Shown: positions 41,383 to 58,069, counted from the first letter of the stretch. The stretch: 64,000 nt of DNA from Octopus vulgaris (GCA_951406725.2 OX597823.1:83204001-83268000), one strand, 5' to 3'. Numbers and translations: made by a program. Notes: generated from the letters alone by a model not told the origin.

Positions 41383-41780
41383 AGTAGCTGTGTGGTAAGT
41401 AGCTTGCTTATCAAACCTCATGGTTCCGGGTTCAGTCCCACTGCGTGGTACCTTGGGCAAGTGTCTTCTACTAAAACCTCGGGCCAACCAAAGCCTTGTG
41501 AGTGGATTTGGTAGACGGAAACTGAAAACAACCCCTCGTATATATGTTTATATATGTATATATATATATATATGTTTGTGTGACTGTGTTTGTCCCCCAA
41601 CATCGATTGACAACCGATGCTGGTGTATTTGCGTCCCTGTGACTTACGAGTTCGGCAAAAGTGAGCGATAGAATATGTACTAGGCTTACAAAGAATAAGT
41701 CCTGGGGTCGATTTGCTCGACTAAAGGCGGTGCTCCAGCATGGCCACAGTCAAATGACCGAAACAAGTAAAAGAGTACGA
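41383..41780 (+). mobile_element. SINE family B, near full length
   Basis: Near-consensus head, CORE-like motif and tail. Confidence 0.92.
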
Positions 41781-41959
41781 AAAAAAGCAACCACCTTTCC
41801 TGTACGGAATAAAACCTCATCTGTCGTTAAACGTTTCGTAAGTATCTTGCTCAAGGACACAACGTGCCGCCGGCTATCGAACCCATGACCTTACGATTTT
41901 GACCCGAATACTCTAACCACTTAGCCACGTACCTTCAGGCATTAACTACAACAATACTT

Positions 41960-42124
41960 CATTATTTACATTATTTAGATTTGATGGATATTTGTCATCA
42001 TTTTGTTTGTTATTAACACAACGTTTCGCCTGATATACCCTCCAGCCTTCATCAGGTGTATTGGGGAAATTTCGAACCTGGATTCTCATTCCTAGGGAAT
42101 TTTTCGATGTTACCTTTATTGTTG

Positions 42125-42200
<76 letters not shown>

Positions 42201-42255
42201 GCAGGTCTCTGCCTGGAATCGAACTCGGAATCTTGGGGTTAGTTGCCCGCTTTCT
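41960..42255 (-). mobile_element. Second copy of the tRNA-headed hammerhead retroposon (head truncated)
   Basis: Collinear with 12328-12620: B-box GAGTTCGATTCC, (AAT)n, hammerhead and tail. Confidence 0.85.
42015..42060 (-). ncRNA. Minimal type I hammerhead ribozyme, intact core
   Basis: ACAC-CTGATGA-A-GGCTG-GAGGGTATAT-CAGGC-GAAAC-GTT-GTGT, with one stem II mismatch. Confidence 0.78.
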
Positions 42256-42737
42256 ACTAGTAGCAGTAGTGGCGGTGGTGGTAGCAGCAACAATAACATC
42301 TTTTGCTTGTTGTTGTTCAGTACTTGATCAACCATGAACGTCCCTTTATTTTTCAACACTGGTCTATCTACCTATCAACAGCGTTCGACCGAAATGACAG
42401 CTTCACGAAAATTACTTTTATCAGAAAACGCGTTCCAACAATTACCATTCTGTCTTTTTTTATACATCATTTAATAAGTGTGTAATGTCTAGTAGTGCTA
42501 TTTCTATTTCTATTTTTATTCTCTGCCTTGTGTATGTATTTTTGTTATATATCTGTTTGCAAAACGTTTATGATTCCCAAAGTACCTATTATTACAAAGA
42601 AGATAGTTTTTAATCACCACATTAAATTTATCTATTATAGTTTCTCACATCATTTATTCGAATATAGATTCTCTCTGTTTCAGATCTTTGTATATTTATG
42701 TAGTTTCTCCATTTCCTTTATTATTATTTTCCTTATT

Positions 42738-42918
42738 AAGGCGGCGAGTTAACAGTGTTGTTGGCAAGCTGGACAAAGTCCTTAGAGGTATTCTGCCCGT
42801 CTATACGTTCTGAGATCAAATTCTGCCGAGGTCGACTTTTCCTTTCATCCTTTCGGGGTCGATAAATTAAGTACTAGGGAAACGCTAAATTTCAGGCCTC
42901 GTGCCTAAAGTAAACAGA

Positions 42919-42920
<2 letters not shown>
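42738..42920 (+). mobile_element. SINE family A
   Basis: Consensus motifs. Confidence 0.82.
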
Positions 42921-42981
<61 letters not shown>

Positions 42982-43222
42982 GTTGTTGTTGTTATTATTA
43001 TTATTATTATTGAATAGGAGAGCAGTGCATACCATCAGTGAAACTAGGGTAAAATATACGAAGCCCAGTATACCCATCATGTCTACCCGTCTGATAAGGG
43101 TACACCAGGCACATGCATCACAACCATATGTGCGTGACAGGGTGATCTCATATCAAGATAAACAGCACATTACCTTGCATGTGGGGCACAATTAGAATTT
43201 TCTTCAGGTCATATAGCCCAGG
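42920..43222 (-). mobile_element. Unclassified retroposon 3' end with an (AAT/AAC)n tail
   Basis: A unique body of about 210 bp abuts a long (TTA)n tract. The family is not identified. Confidence 0.4.
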
Positions 43223-43377
43223 TCGCTTAATGAAAAGGTACATTCATAGATGTGCAGTAGAACAGACAGAAAGTGTCTTGCGTAAGATACGTGCTTTCCA
43301 GAGCAGGGCTTATTCTGGATTGATATTATATAAGGTTGTGATCGTTGGTATATTTCTTTCCTTCGTTTTTGTTCACA

Positions 43378-43786
43378 CGAGGGTGGACTGAGACGTTCAT
43401 AGGTTAACTATGAAAGTATGAGGGTAGAGCTATGAACTTTTACACGCATTAATTTCAGTCCTTATTGATAACTGCATTGTTTTTCAGGTAAACTGGCATC
43501 TGACTGTTTAAAGAAGACTTCAACAGTAACTAGGAGCGAGTTCGCTTGAAAATGAACAAAATCTAGCATTGTGGTGTTATCAAGTACCTGCAGGAAAATG
43601 GTTCAATCTCCAAGGACATTCATGCTGATGTGGTTGCTACATCAGAGGATGACGCTCAGATTTTATCAACAGTGCAAAAACGGGCAGCTGAATGCGGGAG
43701 GGAGAGGGAAAGGCTTGAAGAGGACATAGTGTTTGGATATCCTTCAACTGCCATCACTGAGGAAAACATTGATCGTCTTCACCAAG
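43378..43786 (+). mobile_element. Mariner 5' fragment (TIR plus transposase N-terminal HTH pseudogene at 43552-43785)
   Basis: CGAGGGTGGACTGA TIR. Translates to MNKI*HCGVIKYLQENG..KDIHADVVAT..STVQKRAAEC..LEED..GYPSTAITEENIDRLH. Confidence 0.85.
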
Positions 43787-43804
43787 TACTTTCTTTCTTT
43801 TTTT

Positions 43805-44205
43805 CTTCTTCTTTTATTTGTTTCATTCATTTGACTGCAGCCATGCTGGAGCACCTCCTTTAGTCGAACAAATCGACCCCAGGACTTATTCTTTGTAAGC
43901 CCAGTACTCAATCTATCGGGCTCTTTTGTCGAACCGCTAAGTTACGGGGACTTAAACACACCAACATCGGTTGTCAAGTAATGGTGGGGTGGACAAACAC
44001 AGGCACACAAACATATACACACACATATATACATATACGACGGCCTTCTTTCAGTTTCTGTCTACCGAATCCACAAATCCACTCACACAGCTTTGGTCGG
44101 CCCGAGGCTATAGTAGAAGACACTTGCCCAAGGTGCCACGCAGTGGGACTGAACCCGGAACCATGTGGTTGGTAAGCAAGCTTCTTACCACACAGCTACT
44201 CCTGC
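43805..44205 (-). mobile_element. SINE family B, full length
   Basis: Near-consensus sequence. Confidence 0.92.
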
Positions 44206-44404
44206 ATACATGGTACAATGTTCTTTTTCAAATTCAGTGTCAATCCCAGCACTTTTATTAAAGTTTGGTACTTATTCTATCAGTTTCTTTTGCTTGACGA
44301 TCGGTATCGTTTTTTTACTTACTTGTAACGCAGCAGTTGGGCAAAAGAATGACATTTTAATTTTTTATTTGATTATTTTAGTTTTGCCTTTTCTGTTGTT
44401 ATTA

Positions 44405-45532
44405 TCTATATACATAAATGGCAATTTCTGCCTGTCTGATCTGTCTATCTGCATGTCAGTTACCATCTTGCTGCCTAAACTAGTGAACCAATCTTGACGA
44501 AACTTTGCATACATGTTAAACTAACATCCAGTTGAATTTCAATAAAAAATTTAGGTGGAGCTGTAGCACATGCTTTCAAATCAATAACAGATCTACGGAT
44601 ATGAATGAAGTAAGTCTTCTGTAAGGTTCAACCATGCACTTCATGTAAACAGCGTGCCACCTTTGTGACAACAACTCATCTTTCCAAAAGGAAAACAATT
44701 CTATATGCAGTGCCCCTACGTCACGTTAAGGTCATATTAAGGACACGGTCAGCTGCAGGACTCATGGATAGGACATAAAACAATGTAGTGACCAATGACC
44801 TAGAAGTTGGTTCACCATGAGATTTATTTGATGAATTAAATCCAAATCACCATAACATCTTAATCATTTTTTATCAAGCAACGTGAGATACGGCCATGCT
44901 ACGATAAGCTATGACACGCGACAACGCCAGTTACAATACGCGGACATTTTGTCTATGTATTTGTAAATCTATCTATTTATCTCATTTATTTTATTCTGAT
45001 GCATATTCGCTTGTTAAAATAATATCGGGACATTCCTTGTTCACCCACTAATCAAATTGTAATACCTATTTTTGCCATGAGTTATTAACATAAACGATGG
45101 GCTGGACATAAAGACGGGATCTGAACAGGAAACGGGAAACGGGATAGGACATGGAACAGTGTAATGGTAAACGGGAACTTGGAATAACCTCCGCTTTCCC
45201 GGTGTTACCGGTCAACTCATTTATTTTACTCAGATGCATATTCGTTTGTTAAAATAATATAGGGGCATTCCTTATTCACCTACTAATCGAATTAATAGTT
45301 TGTAACACCTATTTTTAACAATAAACTATTACCATTAAAGCTTAATAAAACATTTAATAGCGTAATTACACCTAACTTATTCTAAAATTTATATATTGGT
45401 ATAGGGGATAGAAATGGGAGCAGAACGAAAACGGGAACTGAACAGTGAGCGGGATAGGACATGAGACAGTTTAAGGGAGCGGAACTGGAAAAAAGCCCCG
45501 CTTTCCCGGGTGTTACCGGGTAATTCAGTTAG
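44405..45532 (+). mobile_element. Non-autonomous Helitron-like element with a duplicated 3' module
   Basis: 5' a|TCTATATACATAAA..(CTGT)n..GAACCAATCTTGACGAAACTTTGCA. 3' CCCGG-GTGTTA-CCGGG hairpin followed by TTAG|t (CTAG variant). Units 44981-45215 and 45216-45532. Confidence 0.65.
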
Positions 45533-46286
45533 TACATACATACATACATACATACATACATACATACATACATACATACATACATACATACATGCGTACA
45601 TGTATGCATAAGTTTGCTTCATAATAAGCAAATGTAAAGTAATTTATTTCTGACGTCTTCTGATAGATGTCGTAAATTTAGCAATATTCAATCATTTTTA
45701 TTTGATTTTAGTAAAAACTAAATAACTGTATTATAGACAGTATTGTATAAATCGAGTGTGTGATGCGTGTGCTTGTGTGTATTGCTTTAAGCGTCTTTGA
45801 CAGTTAGTTACAGGCAGGAAGTTAGTTGCAAGTCTTTTAATGAAACTAGAATTTCTGCATACTTAATATGTCACTTATTGGAATAAAGGTCAGGTACACT
45901 ATATTGCTGTCAGGTAAAAAGAAGGATTGTTTTTGTTTGTTTGATTTTTTTGTTTTTTCTTAAAAGATAAAGACTAGCCTGCTTTGGCATCTGACAGAAT
46001 GTTTAAATCTAAAAAAAAATAATAATAATAAATCTTTATCGAAGCGGTTTATTTGAATGTCTCAGTCGAAAATAAGAAAAAAAATAACTTATTCAGCAAC
46101 AATTTATGTCAATGTATGTTTCGATCTGAAAATCTACGTCTTTTACAAAATTTGTTTTGATTTTTTTTCCATTCACACGAAACTAAATATTTACCGTTAA
46201 AAGGTAAAAAAAATAGTATATTAAATCCTGATTCTATCTTTGAAATTTATCTACGTTGCATTTCTGTTTTTTTTATTTTATTTTAA

Positions 46287-46520
46287 ACCTGTACCTATCC
46301 CGTGCATCGCATGTGGCACACATGACATATCTCCCTGACATCCGTGAATCGTATATGATATAACTTCCCAATTTTGTTTCAAGCAACGGAGTAACTCAGG
46401 ATTTATGAAAGTAAAGCTTTATATTACTCAGAACGTAAGAAACACGGCATAACTAAAATTCCGAAAATAAACAGGGGCGCTTAGAGAAAACTTAGGAAAA
46501 TGTCTCGGATAGGCAAAGGG
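46287..46520. mobile_element. piggyBac-type MITE
   Basis: TTAA at 46283-46286 and 46521-46524. TIRs ACCTGTACCTATCC / rev-comp CCCTTTGCCTATCC. Confidence 0.6.
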
Positions 46521-47503
46521 TTAAGCTAACAGACACTCAGAATTTAGAACATGTTTCCTGCACGGATAAAGATACCTTTATCCTCACGTGATTGTCGCAA
46601 AAATAATCTCATTTACTTCACCTTCCAAAATCATAGGTCAACGTGGTTTATTAGCTCCATTGACCTCAACCAATCACCCAGGATTGATATCGTGATATGC
46701 ATTACATCTGATTTTATATTATAGCCATAGTTAACCTCTTTCAATCATAGTTACATGATCTTCCTCAAATCACATCAAATCTTCCTCTATCTACGCCATC
46801 AAATTTTTCCAAAAAATCACATTAAATATTGTAGTCCTAGGTACACTGTACCTGAATAAAAGACAAGGTAATCAAGGCTTGAATAAAACTTTTCGATCAG
46901 GGCTGAAAGAAGACAAAACAAATAAAACATCGAAAACCCGCTTGTCTAATAGCCAATGTTGTTTCTGAAAATGGTAGGTTCAGACAGGATTAAACACTGG
47001 CTTTTCTAGAATAAGGAGCTGAACTCAGCTACACAAGCTAAAGGGATACTCTTCAATTTTACTATGCTACCACTACTTGTAAGGGATAATTGCACTTACC
47101 CTTGGTGCATTCTTAAAGTTAGCGCAGCTATTTGAGGGCTAAGTGGATTGACTTTGGTCATAATGTTGCACTGGTAACTGGTACCGTATCGACATGATCA
47201 TCTGAAGCATTCGCTGTAGAAAAATCTATATCCTGGAATAAGCCTAAAAATAGCGTTTGGGGAATCATTCCACCGTGACCTTACATCCGATTGTATGACA
47301 TTCACAGTGGCAGTATAAAGTCACAAAGACGTGCTTACATGCGAAGATATATAGAAGCATATTCAGGCGCACGCATACACACATGTATTCATATACACAC
47401 TTTTAGGCGTATAGAGTCATTGGCATACACCTGTAGGAATATGTACTCGCGCCATATTTAGATATACATAGGTGGATAAACTAATAGATTCAGAGGTGAA
47501 CTG

Positions 47504-47592
<89 letters not shown>

Positions 47593-47835
47593 TTTGGCTC
47601 CAATTTTAAAAAAGGAAATCTTATTTTCATGTGGGCGAGATTTAAATCAGATTGGTTTTCTTCTGATCTGCTGGAGAATTACATAAGAAGTTATTTTGTT
47701 TCTACTTAAGTCCACACAAATCCAACCGGATAAAATCAAGCAATTCATCTCATCCACTTCAACTATTTATCATTATTATTATTATTATTACTATTATCAT
47801 TATTATTATTATTATTACTATTATTATTATTATCA

Positions 47836-47875
<40 letters not shown>

Positions 47876-47911
47876 TATTATTGTTGTTGTTGTTGTTATT
47901 ATTATTATTAA

Positions 47912-47968
<57 letters not shown>

Positions 47969-47975
47969 CATTATT
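47504..47975. repeat. (GATA)n and (TAT)n tracts
   Basis: Directly visible. Confidence 0.92.
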
Positions 47976-48084
47976 ATCGTCATTAGTTGAAAGTTTGCCA
48001 AAGACAATATATATGTGTTGTCTTCAAATCTTTTTACTACTTAAAGTTTTATTTTTCTAATTAATCTTTTATCTGTCATCTATT

Positions 48085-48370
48085 ATCTTTTACATGTTAC
48101 AGTTATTAGACTGCGGCCAAGCTGGAGTAACGCCTTGAAGACTTTTTTTTTCGTCAAATGAATCGACTCCTGCACTTTTCCTTTTCTTTTTTTTTTTTTT
48201 TTTGTTAAGTCCGGTTCTTATTCTATCAGTAACTTTTGCGGAAACGCTACGTTAAGGTGACGTAAATACACCAACACCGGTTGTCAAGTGATAGTGAGGG
48301 ACAAATACGGACACAGAAACACAAAAACACACACATAAACACGCACTCAGACACGCATATATATACACGA
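48085..48370 (-). mobile_element. SINE family B, 3' half (old)
   Basis: ACTGCGGCCAAGCTGGAG..ACACCAACACCGGTTGTCAAG. Confidence 0.78.
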
Positions 48371-48406
48371 CTTCACATCAGGAATCTTGCAGCACAATTC
48401 ATAAAC

Positions 48407-49025
<619 letters not shown>

Positions 49026-50550
49026 TTCCAATTCATTGCTTGGTTATAGAATAAATATATAAATATAGCCGCCCATATACAGTCTGAGTGGGGGGAAGGC
49101 GGGGTGAACAACATAGCTGGAATTACTTTGATCAAAAGTCTACAAAGTGCGAGATGACATGGCGCTTGAAACATCAACGCAAATACGTGCGAAGCATATT
49201 ACTTAACTGTCATTTGCATATATGTATGAATGTATATATATATATCCGTATATATAAAAGGCAGGATGTGTGTGTGTGAATGTAATTTATGCACGTCCAC
49301 AAATTAGTACGCATGTCGCTCCAATTTTAGGAGGACATTCATCATGACAATCATCATGTAATATATAGAACCGGTGAAAAGAATGGATTATGCACGCGGC
49401 AACAAGAAGGATTCTTAGAAGAGTTTACTAAGCTCTAACGCCATCTTTTACTTGACACAGCCAAGAGGGTATCATTACTTTTTCTCTATTCTTCACTAAG
49501 AGACGAAAGATGAGCGACCGAAACGTCAGATTATTCCCACTTTACGGTAACTGAACTTACCAAATTTTTCAAGAAGCCCTTCCCTAATTTTTATGTTAAT
49601 AGCTCATCAACCTTATCGCAGAGTCTCTATGAGTTACATCCCTGTAGTACATTAATCTGGAGCTCGGAGAATCAATGACGGTGCCAGCAACATCTGATTG
49701 TGTCTTTCCTAAAACGAAGAACACTCACAGCCCTTTTCCAATGCATAATTTTACAAAGGTTCATAGCAGTGGAACGGCAGATTTGTAAAGGAGTCGGGCA
49801 AAATTCTCCACTTCATTTGCTACGGATCTTCAAACTTTGAGTTCAAATCCTGCTGAGTTCAACTTGTTTTCATCTTTCTAGTGTCGATAAAACAAACCTC
49901 CATGTCAATAACTGTGGTGCGACTTAATTAACCTGTCCCTCCTCTATATTTCTCGTTATGTTGATTAGAAAAGTTTGCAAGAAGTGGCTCCTCGAATATT
50001 TCTTGGTTTTGTTTCTTTTTCGGGAACGAGTCTGTCTTGCTATAAAAGTAACTGGCCCTTCAAGATATGGAATAAAACTTATCAACAGAGACTCAAAACT
50101 ATTGAAAAGGTTGCAAGACGTAACGAAAATTTTAGGAAAATAAAAACAAGAAATAAGTGGAAATTTTACCGGTGAGTGTATTAAATTATAAGGCACAAAA
50201 AGAAAATGACTCTCCCAAAACACGACAGAATATCCTTCAACACACGAACTCATGTAAAGAATCTTGCAAACCAAATCCAAAAGCGAAATATTATCAATAG
50301 AGTTGTCATGTATATCCATTTTCAGACATTGTGTCTATTTTTCAGATTAATTCTTGCAAACGAAAAACCCTTTTTTTCTTTTTTTTCTCCTTAAATGGAT
50401 TTATTCCATCATTTTTAATCTGCACCATAATTGAGTCGAACATAGAGAAAAGGGATTTTTGTGGGGTTCATTTTATTTACTTGACATTTTAAAATCCCCA
50501 TTTATTGGTGTTTAATTAATACTTTAATTAATACTTGTGTTTTTATCGGG

Positions 50551-50618
50551 TAAAAATAATGCTAAGGGACGCCGCTTTTACTATAGCAAATGCGGTGTCC
50601 CTTAACATCAACTTTTTA
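50551..50618. other. Isolated near-perfect palindrome/hairpin
   Basis: TAATGCTAAGGGACGCCGCTTTTACTA|TAGCAAATGCGGTGTCCCTTAACATCA. Confidence 0.85.
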
Positions 50619-51499
50619 GTAATCTTAATAAGAGTTTTAGTTAATAAAAAACTGGACACTAATGATGAGAAACAGTATTACAAAAGGGAAAAGAATAAGG
50701 AAGAAATATAAGAAAGAAAAATGATTAGGAAAGTCAGTCCAAGTGATTATATGGAAGAGTAATGATGCAATGTGCAAGTGTTGTAATTGTGTACTAACAA
50801 GTATGTACAAATCAGCTCTAATTGAGCAAGAAAAATCTGTAAAGTGTAAAAAGCATACTAAATAGTTTTGTAAACTCAAATCAAATTTAAAATATATTTA
50901 CGAAAACTAGAAACCAAAACATTGAAGTAAAAATAATTTGAAAATAAATATTGTGAACAAAGACTAAAAAAAATTTCACAGCAGTAATCGATCACCAAAT
51001 TAATCTAATCAAAAGTTGCGATAGAGGAAATGTACTTGAAATGTTAAGTTACATTGAACAAAATGCATTAGTCCAATCAAGGATATTACTGCTCTGGTTG
51101 TGCGTAAAGAATTAGTTGAAAATTTACAAAATGAATATGCTAGTGTGTGAGGAAGTATTCCTACTAGCGCCGGATAGTGCAGTCTCTTATTTTAGGGATA
51201 ATTCCAGATGTATCGACAACTGGCAAAAGTCTTTATAATGTAACTGAAAATATTTTAACAATAAACGACATTTATGTAAATCATTATATTGAACTTGAGA
51301 CAAAGAGCAAATAATGTTTGTGCGCGTTGATATTTATATAAATAATTCATTTGAACCTGGCACAGAAAGCAAATTATGCTTGTGAGCAATATATTTCCGC
51401 ATATTGGATATTTGAGCATATAATATACTTTGATTTTTCCTGATAAAATATGTTTGTTTACTTGCCTTTAATTTAACTTTCGTAATACCTGAACAATAT

Positions 51500-51915
51500 A
51501 TTTCTTTATTGCTCACAGGGGGTTAAACATAGAGGGGACAAACAAGGACAGACAAGGGGATTAAGTCGATTACATTAACCCCAGTGCGAAACTGGTACTT
51601 TATTTATCGACCCCGAAAGGATGAAAGGCAAAGTCGACCTCGGCGGAATTTGAACTGACAACGTAGCGGCAGACGAAATACCTCTTTCTTTACTACCCAC
51701 AAGGGGCTAAATATAGAGGGGACAAACAAGGATAGACAAACGGATTAAGTTGATTACATCGACCCCAGTGCGTAACGGATACTTAATTTATAGACCCCGA
51801 AAGGATGAAAGGCAAAGGTCGACCTCGGCGGAATTTGAACTCAGAACGTAAAGGCAGACGAAATACGGCTACGCATTTCGCCCGGCGTGCTAACGTTTCT
51901 GCCAACTCGCCGCCC
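51500..51915 (-). mobile_element. SINE family A, dimeric form
   Basis: Same dimer junction at about 51680. Confidence 0.92.
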
Positions 51916-51942
51916 TTAATAACTGAACAATAACAGCGTGGA

Positions 51943-52078
51943 TGATCCAAAAACAAACAGAAACTGTTAACTTCAGTTAAATATTTATTATCTGGTGTCG
52001 CAGTTGGTGCGACAAAAATTTTGACGCCAATAATAAATGTTTCAGTGAAGTTAACAGTCGTTGTGTGTCTTTGAATTG
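51943..52078. repeat. Short foldback with about 55-bp arms, probably a MITE
   Basis: ACTGTTAACTTCAGTTAAATATTTATTA versus TAATAAATGTTTCAGTGAAGTTAACAGT. Confidence 0.75.
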
Positions 52079-52394
52079 TTGATATGCATCTTCAATTCTG
52101 TAATTGTTTTACTTTCAAAACATAGTCTCAGATCAAATCACTTGCCAGGAAGAACGTTCCCGAAATTTCAAATACCAGAAACTGAAACTTGTACTGCATT
52201 TGTGCCTCCATCGACATGATTACAAGACGATTCAATAATCAAGTTTTAATCAACACAATGGAAGTACCTACAACGAAGCATTTGCCTTCCTAGTTACGAC
52301 TCGTTTGTTGATTAGGAGGACATGTAAAGAGATAATCCTGCTGCGATGAGAGGATCTCAAAGCGTACCGTGTGTTAAATGATTAGCAAAAAAGA

Positions 52395-52610
52395 AATGTT
52401 CCTTCTCAAGCCATGCCAGGCTCATAAGGGCCGGTTTCCCGGTTTCAGTGGCGTAGAAATTCCCCACCTCGACGGAACGCCGGTCCGTCGCAGGATAACT
52501 AATTTTTGCCAGCTGATTGGACAGGAACAACGTAAAAATCCAGGAATCGAAACCACAACCTTACGATCATGAGTTCAACACCCTAACCACAAAGAGCCAT
52601 GCGCCTTCAC
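52395..52610 (-). mobile_element. tRNA-derived SINE with a family D-type head and a different tail
   Basis: Rev-comp head GTGAAGGCGCATGGC..GGTTTCGATTCC. Flanked by AAATGATTAGCAA at about 52376 and 52612 (TSD-like). Confidence 0.8.
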
Positions 52611-52717
52611 AAAATGATTAGCAAGAAGATTTACAAAACGCGTACCTCTAAATAATACTAAACTATATGATTCAAGACATAGTCATTATGCTTTAACTTT
52701 ATTTTGCTTCCCTCCAT

Positions 52718-52925
52718 ATTGGTTTCAAATATGAGCACAAGTAGTTTCGAGGAACGGGGCGAGATGATTACATCGACCGCAGTGTCCAGTTGAAACCTAT
52801 GTTATCGACACCGAAAGGATGAAAGGCAAAATTGACCTCGGCGGAATTTGAACTCAGAACGTAGAGAGGGACGAAATGTCGCTAAACATTTCGTCAGACG
52901 CGCCAACGATTCAACAATCTCGCGG
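52718..52925 (-). mobile_element. SINE family A
   Basis: Consensus motifs. Confidence 0.85.
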
Positions 52926-53683
52926 CTTTTTTACTTCCCAAATATTATCTTGAATATCGTGTCTATAAATGTAGCTTTTCAGGCTTCAAATCCAAACTTC
53001 AACAAAATATTTGAAAACTTTGCTTAAGAAGTTATATACTATAAAAAGTTTATAAAAATTTCCAGCCACGAACCTACGATGAGACTAGGAGAAAGTTTTT
53101 AAAATGACTCGGAATGAGCAGCGTAAAGATAGAAAAAGGGATGACTAAACGATGTTTTTAATGTTTGACACAAATTATAAAACAAGTTTATCAAAGAAAT
53201 GATAAGAAAAGTGGATCTAGAACTATGAAATATGTAAAATACTTTGATGTAAATGCTACGGTAACTGGAAGAGCATCTTGAATGAAGCTAAAGCATAGTG
53301 TAAGATCTTTATATAGAAATTAGACTCTCCCATTCATAGTCGTAGTGGCATGCGTTAAAAGAGGACAACGGCACAGCACACCTACAAATCTGGTAAGTAT
53401 GACTGACACAGAGAGTTTGCCAGAAGAGGCCTACTTCAAATAATGTTTTGTTTTGTTTTATTTTCAGTGATGACGCTATTGTAGGATTGTTATTGCAAGG
53501 AATATCCTGTATTAGCTGATGGTAACCTACAAAAAAATTTGAAAGAACAGGCTAATATATAGCTAACTTTAAAAACGAATAATTTGTAGGAGAAATGCAA
53601 GTTAGCGTCAGTCCTTGAAGCATATTATAGAAAACCAGCACAAATGGCAAATTTATTAATTGATTAGAAATTTTGTGAAATAT

Positions 53684-53900
53684 TGGTTTCAAGTATTGAC
53701 ACAAGGTCAGAAATGACAGGGGAGGGGCTAGTCGATTACAGAGATACCAGCAGTGCTCAATTGGTAATTATTTTATCGACCCTGAAAGGATGAAAGGCAA
53801 AGACGACCTCGGCGGAATTTGAACTCAGAACATAGCGGCAGACGAAATACCGCTAAGCATTTCGCCCAGCGTACTAACGTTTCTGCCAGCTCGCCGCCTT
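53684..53900 (-). mobile_element. SINE family A
   Basis: Consensus motifs. Confidence 0.88.
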
Positions 53901-54213
53901 CAAGTCGAAATAAATACCGCAAAGCAATGTTTCTCTGTGTTGTAACGACTCTGCCAGCTTGCCGTGCAAATAACACTAGAAATCTCATTTCATTAGCTAA
54001 TTAGGCTAACTGCTATTATTATATAAAACGTATTGCAATATGGTTCTTCTGGTGCATAGGGAATACAGTATTTACCAAAGTTTACTCGTGTTTCATATTT
54101 TGATATCCTGAGATTATCCGCCATAGTTTTCCAATTGTATTCTCACAATCATACAGTAAAAGCTGTCTTTGTTCATAATTTATCATAATAATATTTTGCT
54201 ACCAAAATAATCG

Positions 54214-54415
54214 TCGAGCTGGCAGAAGCGTTAACACACCGGGCAAAATGTTTAGAGATAAACCGTCTGTCACTTTTCGTTCCGAGTTCAAATTCCGCCG
54301 AGGTCGACTTCGCCTTTTGGGGGTCGATAAAATAATTACCCGTGGAGCATTGGGATCGATGTAATCGGTTTACCCTACCCACTAAATTTCAGACCATGTG
54401 TAAAAATTTGAAACT
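54214..54415 (+). mobile_element. SINE family A
   Basis: Consensus motifs. Confidence 0.82.
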
Positions 54416-54947
54416 AATGTTTTCCAACAAAAGAACGGACAACTAGAACTTAAAATTTACTGTTATCTTATCTGTATTGAAAGGACTTAATTGAGAATTT
54501 AAGAGCCACAGTAACCTTCAGTCATCGATTTTGATAGGAGCTGATAGTAGTTATGTTCCGTCTTGCGGAAAATAATTTAACTAGGATGAGAGTATTATAT
54601 ATTTTTTTCATTAACCATTTCATACCAGCAAACTAGCTCGTTAAGAAAATCTCTATTGGATACGAAAGCAGTATTTATACTAAGAAGTAATGTTTATCGA
54701 CACCTAAATGTGGGTTTTCTATAAGAACAGACGATGCTGCTATTTTAACGCCAGGAGGATGCCTCCTCCAGCTGGTTGTTAGGTACGCTTCGTACTCGAT
54801 ATATATTGCAAGCGGTAAGCAGGGAGAGAACTTCCTACTGTTTCGGTTCCGAGACCAACAGATCACGTGATTTTGACCTACTACTGCTATGTCTAGTTGA
54901 CAAGTATGCATTACAAAAGATGAGCAAAATGAGGTCAAAATTATGTG

Positions 54948-57555
<2,608 letters not shown>

Positions 57556-58069
57556 GCTCATGCGTGTTCATCTACCTTTGTTTACGTCTCTCTAAATATT
57601 TCTTCTATCTATTTCTCCATCAATCTATATATTTACCTATCTATCTATTTATCTCTCACTGATCCGAATCAAATCCTTCTATATTTGGATTTGCTTTTCA
57701 TCCTTTAAGGTTCAATAAAACATGTACCTTTATCACTCTCTAATCCCACTTTGAATACGCTTATCGTTGCTATTATATGTAACACTTCAGGCACCCTTTC
57801 GCAAAGAGAACGTTATGCTAAGGCAAAAGAAATCAATAGGTGATATAGGTTATTTTGACGTATGAAGAGGAATGTTGCTTCTTGCTTCGATCAGAAATCG
57901 AAGCTTCATCGCGATCAGTGTATGTCAACCGACCTTCGCCCTCTGTTCATCAATTTCCGATGCTGTATAGTATTCTAAAACGATGAGGTATCTTTAACAT
58001 CAGCCAGCTAATCAAGGTGTTGGGTACAAGGTCCTACCTCTTTTCTCTACCATACTACCACGCTACCTG

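Noticed and set aside
49505-49535. Hammerhead remnant AGATGA-G-CGAC-C-GAAAC-GTC-AGA (similar case at about 54830-54865, minus strand)
   Set aside because: The core start and stem I partner are missing, so it is at most a decayed fragment.
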